Assembly (NCBI GenBank): GCA_951406725.2
Contig: OX597828.1
Span: 23,808,001 to 23,872,000 of the forward strand
Direction: 5' to 3'
Source of the DNA: Octopus vulgaris
Lineage: Eukaryota
DNA length: 64,000 nucleotides
Shown: positions 57,801-64,000 of the stretch, one piece after another
Position numbering within the stretch: the first letter of the stretch is position 1
Layout: every line of letters begins with the position of its first letter
Translations under genes and position numbers: made by a program
Notes under the pieces: model-generated
Databases searched by the model: none
Seen by the model: only the letters and a program-made list of their open reading frames with translations
Told to the model about the DNA's origin: nothing

Positions 57801-58268
57801 CTCTGTGGTAAGAAGCTTGGACAGTGTTTTCTTTGCACTGCTAGGAGTCACGTCGCTGTATACCAACGTCGTGAATTATTGAAAAAGTGAAGCAAAACTA
57901 CATACATGGGGGATTCAGTGGCGGTTTGTTGCTTGTGTTTATTTATTTTTGTCGAACAAGAAATCTCCACTGAGTTCCACGCATTTGTCTGCTTGTAGTT
58001 GTGTTTAATGTCTCACTTAGCGGTGAGAAGTGTGTTTTGGGGGCTTATCTCTCCTACTATAAATGTGCTTATTTTTTTAACAGTTTTTGGTGAAATTGTT
58101 GTGTGCCCTTACCAAGAGGATTACCGAGTTGGCCAGGAATACCAGGACAGCCAGAATAGTGTGCTGTGTTTTGGAACAGTTTCTTGTCTTCTTCCCTCCT
58201 TCCTGCATTTTTGATTTTTTTAAACTCTGTGAACATTTGTTTTTTGTGAACTCTTTCCAAAAAGAAAC

Positions 58269-59452
58269 ATGGCAAAAAAGACAAACAACACTGTGTTGGA
58301 GTGGGAGATTGTCCCAACCAAGCGGTGGATGAAAGACTTTGAAGAGAGGACGGTGGTGTTAAGGACTTACTCAAAGTCGCTCGACACCATCGCCCTCTTT
58401 CAAAAGACTCAAATTGAAAAAGAGTTGGCAGAATATTTGCCAACTATTAAATTCATCTCTAGGTGGGGGGGGGGGAATCAAATACGCAACGGTGTGGTTG
58501 CTATTTGACGCCCCTGAGGAGTCTCGCAAATCTGCGATCCAGCCCTTAGAGGGCAAAGAGATTTTGTTTCTTCCCACGTATGGTGGGAAGAAGTTGACAA
58601 GAGCTTTGGTTGCAGGTTGACACCCGGGATAGAGCCCGAGTGGATAAGACACTATCCGTCGCGGTCTGGGTGGCAGCAGATCTAAGCTGCTTAATGTTAA
58701 AATTTTGCCGGCGGTTGATTGGGTTGGGTCAAAAGCTGTTTTGACCCTGTGGACCCAATCAGCCAAGGATCTGGTTTTTCCAGATGTTTTGAAAATGCCT
58801 GGTTGCAGGAACCCGGTGATTCTTGAGGGACGCACCCCTGAAGTGTGAGCTGTACCTGGAACCGGACCACATAAAAAATAACTGTCCCCAGAAGCAGTAT
58901 AGGGTCCTAGAACAGTTCGTTGTGGAAAAGCCCCTCTGCTCCTCCAGAAGGAGAGATGGAGGTAGTCGAGGAGGTAGAGATCTCCCCGGAAAAAGGGGAA
59001 AAAAAGAAGAAGATGGACAACAATGGTTGCTCACCGAAGGACCCTAAAGCTGCGGAAGGGAGCGATGATCATCCGGTTAAAGCGAAGGAACCAACCCGTC
59101 CCGTATCAAAGGCAAAAAGAAAAAGAAAGCGACAGTGCTGGCGGTTTGCAGTATACTGCCGGCATGTCTCGAAACCTCGTCGGTGAGAGTTGTGCCACCG
59201 ACGGAAGAAACTGTGGCCCCTTCCAGTGTAATAAATGAGGAATTTGTAATCTCCTTTCTTCAGGACAGGGCCGTAGAGAACTTTGTAAGGAATTTTGAAG
59301 GCAGGGAACCGGCGGTCCTGACCTGCATTGGTAGCCCGGACTGGCCTCCGCAAGTGGCTGCGGAGGTCATGGAGGAAAATTATTTCTATAGTGTGATGGA
59401 TTCCATTACTAAGGAAGAATATAATTATCTTTTTGGGGACCCCGGCCTGTGA
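58269..59452 (+). pseudogene. Disrupted ORF1/gag-like protein (L1/Tx1-type) with degenerate CCHC knuckle
   Basis: Joined frames: MAKK..TVVLRTYSK..FISR / GIKYATVWLLFD..FLPTYGGKKLTR / ..FPDVLKMPGCRNPVILEGRTP / KCELYLEPDHIKNNCPQK (Cx2[C>Y]x4Hx4C-like), then a Lys/Glu-rich tail. Several frameshifts and stops. Confidence 0.7.
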
Positions 59453-59761
59453 CTGCAGGATTGCCTGCAGGAGGCAAGAGACTTAGTCGGGGAGGCAGAG
59501 TAAGAGGTCTTAGCGCCTCTATTAGAACATGGGAGAATGGTAAGAGGCTTACCGCATCACCATGAATATCTTCTGAACTTTCTTGATTGATAAGAAACGA
59601 ACAATATTACAGGGACGTAACAATCGGCGGGTGTTGGCTACTTCCCCCACCAACCATCTCTTTTTTCATTCCATGATCATCATTGTGTCTGTGTCAAATG
59701 ACTGAAACAAGTAAAAGAATATACATACATACATACATACATACATACATACATACATACA

Positions 59762-59795
<34 letters not shown>

Positions 59796-59810
59796 CATAT
59801 ATATATATAT

Positions 59811-60016
59811 AAAGTTAATTCAAACATGAAAGCACAAAAAAACACAACAACGCGAGGACGTGGAACAAATATAGTATTATTGGACGCTCAGGAGAGAAGG
59901 AAAGAAGAAGGGTTTAACGTTTCGAGCGGAGCTCTTCGTCAGAAACATAGGAGAAGGAAAGATCCAGAGAAGGGAAAACAGAGGAAAAATAATCGCCAAC
60001 GGTACACACGCGGTCA
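59811..60016 (-). mobile_element. Penelope-type terminal-repeat remnant between microsatellites
   Basis: Contains the hammerhead motif below. Purine-rich on +, as at 749-915. Confidence 0.6.
59912..59948 (-). ncRNA. Minimal type I hammerhead ribozyme motif
   Basis: Minus strand: guuu CUGACGA a gagc ucc gcuc GAA ACGU U aaac. Stem I guuu/aaac, stem II gagc/gcuc, palindromic stem III. Confidence 0.65.
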
Positions 60017-60751
60017 TGTATGTATGTATGTATGTATGTATGTATGTATGTATGTATGTATGTATGTATGTATGTATATAGATGCTTATGTCTTTCTGTC
60101 TGAGTTGCTTCTCCACTTCCACCGCTTGGCGACCGACAGAATAAGTACCGGGTTTAAAAAGATTATACTTGGGGTGGAATCATTCGACTAAAAACTCAAG
60201 GCGCTCCTGCAGCATGGCCGAATTCGAATGACTGATCCCAGTAAATGATAAAAGAAACGATAAAACGTATCAGGAAAAATGTGTGAGTAAAACAATACCC
60301 AACACAATAGAGATATTGTTGTTGTGTGTGTGTTTTTGTGTGCGTGTGTGTGTGTGGTTGTGTTTGTGTTTGTGTGTGACTCATACAAAATTATTGAGAA
60401 GTGACATGAGATATTAGGTTCCCCTTAGGTTTTCTTTTGTAGAAATAGCAGTAATGATCATTATTGATGAGAAAATGTAAAGAAATCTCTTGTTAATAGA
60501 GGCAGCCGTCAATTTTAGGAAGTTATAAATGACTCGGCTGGAATACAATGATTGATGTCAGGGACAGATCTGCGGCCCTTCTTAGACATTGTAGTAAATA
60601 GCAGTGAATTTCCAAATACAAAAATACATGTATACATCGAGAAAGAGAGGAAACAGGGAATAAAATTTAAAGGTATGACAAATATGGTAATAACACTGAG
60701 GGGCCCTATTTGAGGGTGTATGATGATGATAATAATAATGATAATAATAAT

Positions 60752-61148
60752 AGGCGTAAGAGAGGCTGTGTGGTAAGTAGCTTGCTTACGAACCACATGG
60801 TTCTGGGATCAGTCCTACTGCGTGGCAGCTTTTGCCGACCAGCTATAGCTTCGAGCCGACCAACGCCTTGTCAGTGGATTTGGTAGACAGAAACTGAAAG
60901 AAGCCCGTCGTATATATGTATGTGTGTGTGTGTATATGTTTGTGTGTCTGTGTTTGTCTCCCCAACATCGCTTGACAACCGATGCCTGTGTGTTTGCGTC
61001 CCCTTAATCTAGCGGTTCGGCAAAAGAGACCGATAGAATAAGTACTAGACTTACAAAGAATAAGGCATAGGGTTCGATTTGCTCGATTAAAGCGGTGCGC
61101 GAGCATGACGACAGTCACATGACTGAAACAAGTAAAAGAGAAAAAGAG
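60752..61148 (+). mobile_element. SINE family C
   Basis: Homologous to 40553-40971. Confidence 0.85.
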
Positions 61149-61156
61149 TAATAATA

Positions 61157-61296
61157 ATTTGCAGAAAACACCACCACTTGGAAGCGCTCGAATACTCCGG
61201 AAGGTTCTGGGAAAATAAGAGGTGTTACCTTAGTTCACTGGTAGCGAGCAGCTGACACCAGTACATTTCCAGCATTAGAAGCTGTGCAAAGGCAAT
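61157..61296 (+). mobile_element. Dong-type 3' tip
   Basis: LQKTPPLGSARILRKVLGK* plus 3'UTR matching 31725-31860. Preceded by AAT, followed by (ATG)n. Confidence 0.75.
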
Positions 61297-61327
61297 GATG
61301 ATGATGATGATGATGACGATGATGATT

Positions 61328-61529
61328 TTTACTATAGGCATAAGGCCTGAAATTTTGGGGCGTGGGGACAAGTTGATTGCATCGACCCCAGTGTTTCACT
61401 GGTATATAATTTATCGACCGCGAAAGGATGAATAGCAAAGTCGACCACGGTTCAATTTGAACTCAGAACATAGCAACTGGCAAAATGTCATTAAGTATTT
61501 CGTCTGGCGCTCTAACGATTCTGCTAGCT

Positions 61530-61530
<1 letters not shown>
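61328..61530 (-). mobile_element. Family-D SINE variant followed by (AAT)n and (GAA)n
   Basis: tactataggcataaggcctgaaatttt...gaaaggatgaatagcaaagtcgacc. Confidence 0.8.
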
Positions 61531-61575
<45 letters not shown>

Positions 61576-61890
61576 GTAATAATAATAACAATAATAATAA
61601 TAATAATAATAATGATAATAATAATAATAATAATAATTAGAAGAAGAAGAAGAAGAAGAAGAAGAGTAGAAGAAGAAGAAGAAGAAGAAGAAGAAGAAGA
61701 AGAAGAAGAAGAAGAAGAAGAAGAAGAAGAAGAAGAAGAAGAAGAAGAAGAAGAAGAAGAAGAAGAAGAAGAAGAAGAAGAAGACATTGGAAGGAAAAGT
61801 TAGTCTGATACATTGACTCCTAGCACTTCACTACTACTTTCTTAAATCGTATGGGATTACAAAGAGCTGGAAAGTGGTAGCAGCAGCAAC

Positions 61891-61925
<35 letters not shown>

Positions 61926-62377
61926 CAGCAGCAGCAGCGTCGGCAGCATTGAAAAGAGGCAGCTTTCCAATTTCCAGATTAAATGATCAACAAACGCCTC
62001 TTTTTCATTTTTTTTTTTTTGTAATTATTTTCATTTTAAAAAGAAAGAAGCGAAGCCGGTGTTGCTAAGAGCCAAGCGCAACATAAGAATAGGTCAATGG
62101 ATACGTGAAGAGGTGATTGAACTGGAAGATGTTGCTACGTAGACGGCTTTTATAACAACAAATACAGCTGTTGAAAAGAACACATTTGGTCACTTTTAAT
62201 ATTTGTTTTGAAATATTAATTAAATCACAGAAATTTTGTAAATAATCACCAAGTGTTATTAATTACTTAGATTCAACGGTATTGTTAACTCTACTCTAAG
62301 TATTTATTTAAGTTTATACATTTAAGCAATACAAATTAAAAGGAATGTTTCGAGTGTTTATCCGACATCTCTTATTG

Positions 62378-62450
<73 letters not shown>

Positions 62451-62459
62451 TAGATATAT

Positions 62460-62635
62460 CGTGAGCGGAAAAGACCACCCGGAAGACCTCCACGACGGTG
62501 GAGTGACGATTTCAGGAGGACGATTGGGATCACGTGGATGAGAAAGGCGCGATCCAGAGAGGAGTGGACAGCGTGCTGTGACCAGCGGTATCAAATGGAA
62601 CGCCTGACGGACTGGTCGGTCAAAGTGATCAAAAA

Positions 62636-62640
<5 letters not shown>
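62460..62640 (+). mobile_element. RTE LINE extreme 3' end, same family as 1-655, in TA/GA microsatellite
   Basis: RERKRPPGRPPRRWSDDFRRTIGITWMRKARSREEW. Starts with cgtgagc, exactly where the minus-strand copy leaves the window at position 1. Tail ctggtcggtcaaagtgatcaaaaagtgat(AT)n. Confidence 0.85.
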
Positions 62641-62721
<81 letters not shown>

Positions 62722-63044
62722 AAGATAGATAGATAGATAGATAGATAGGTATAGGTATTTTCTATACAGAATATACGGTATTTTGTAGTCTAGAATTCAA
62801 CGTAATATACAGTGTAAATCGTGACTATTTTCCAAAATCCTGCTGTATTACAGGTATAATACTTAACCCTTCAAATTCGTCTCTGTTTGAAGGTTGACGT
62901 ATCCCTTTTGGCTAGAAAGTTTGGTTAGAAAACTTCCTTTGTATCGAAGAAAATACAATAACTATACGATATATTACTATATATAACCTGAATTCAGATA
63001 TGAATACTGTAAGATTATGCAGAAAGAAGCTTTATTTTTTTTTC

Positions 63045-63309
63045 TTTTATTCTTTTACTTGTTTCAGGTATTTGACTGCAACCATGCTGGAGTACCGCCT
63101 TAAAGGTTTTTAGTTGAAGAAATTGACTTCGGGTCTTATTCTTTGTAAGCCTAGTTCTTATTCTATCACCTCCTTTTGCCGAACCGCTAGTTTTACGGGG
63201 ATGTAAATACACCGATATCGGTTGTCGAGCGATGGTAAGGGGACAAACATTCTGGACCCGATACCATGTGGTTGGGAAGCAAGCTTCTTACCACACAGCC
63301 ACACTTGCG
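63045..63309 (-). mobile_element. SINE family C, internally deleted
   Basis: Reverse complement of the family C tail and head. Confidence 0.8.
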
Positions 63310-64000
63310 TCGTATTAGAACTTTTTTAAAAGCTTATCTAATGTTTTGTTCTGATCTTACGGCAGCAGGCAAAACCATGGTTGTCACCTTTAGACTTATG
63401 CCTAAGGTTTATTTGGAAACAAATACTGAACTCACGAAAGATGTATTTCAACAGATGTATCTGTTATCAAAATGATATTCGTCCTAACAACAATTTCCGT
63501 TTCGGTCCTCACTCCACAATTTCGGTTCGTTCCTCACTTACTTGTGCGTTGGGGAACTACGTTATAGTAACTTCTCACACCCTAGTAAATCTGTTTTTTT
63601 TTTCGTACACAGACATAGACATTATCGTAGCGAAATGCCTCTTTTCTGCTTTTTCAACCTGTGGCTATAGTGAAACTCACTCGTCCAAGATGCCAGGCAG
63701 TGAGATTTAACCTACGACCATGTTGTTGTGGAACAAACTTTATACCACAGAGTCACACCTGCAATATTAAGGGCTGCATAAGCAAAAAATATCAAATAAT
63801 ATCACTGACCAACCAAAGAACTCTACAATACAAACGGGAAAAGTTTCGGAATTAGAAATGTCAGTCGTAGTAGACTTTGATGGTTGTTTTACTCTATGTC
63901 AGCGCTGCCAAAAACAGACCTTCGATGAGTATCATTCAAGTCAACATGAACACTTTCAAATTCGAACATTTTATTGGTAAATGACACAATACGAACAAAT

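Noticed and set aside
58371-58835. 154-aa minus-strand ORF
   Set aside because: Antisense to the ORF1-like frame, which carries the recognisable motifs.

Overview
AT-rich, microsatellite-saturated animal genomic DNA. The SINE repertoire and simple-repeat load strongly suggest an octopus (coleoid cephalopod); this is inferred, not shown. One host gene is supported: the 3' part of an olfactomedin-domain (gliomedin/colmedin-like) gene on +. It has a 69-nt Pro/Thr-rich exon (7313-7381, missed by the ORF track) spliced in phase 1 across a ~15-kb intron to a terminal exon (22531-23315) holding the whole OLF domain. The rest is transposon debris: RTE LINE fragments, R4/Dong-type RLE fragments nested in (TAA)n, Penelope-like RT and hammerhead-like remnants, several modular tRNA-derived SINE families, a Helitron, a HINE-like element, a mariner end, several foldback/MITE hairpins and an ORF1-only gag-like element. 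The most interesting signal is a microsatellite-centred retroelement ecosystem. An RTE LINE and a SINE share a 3' tail and both sit in (TA)n. Dong-like elements and a second SINE occupy (TAA)n in opposite orientations, and one Dong copy has twin-priming geometry. Almost all listed ORFs are microsatellite artefacts. Element boundaries were read by eye and are approximate unless a TSD or splice site is cited.
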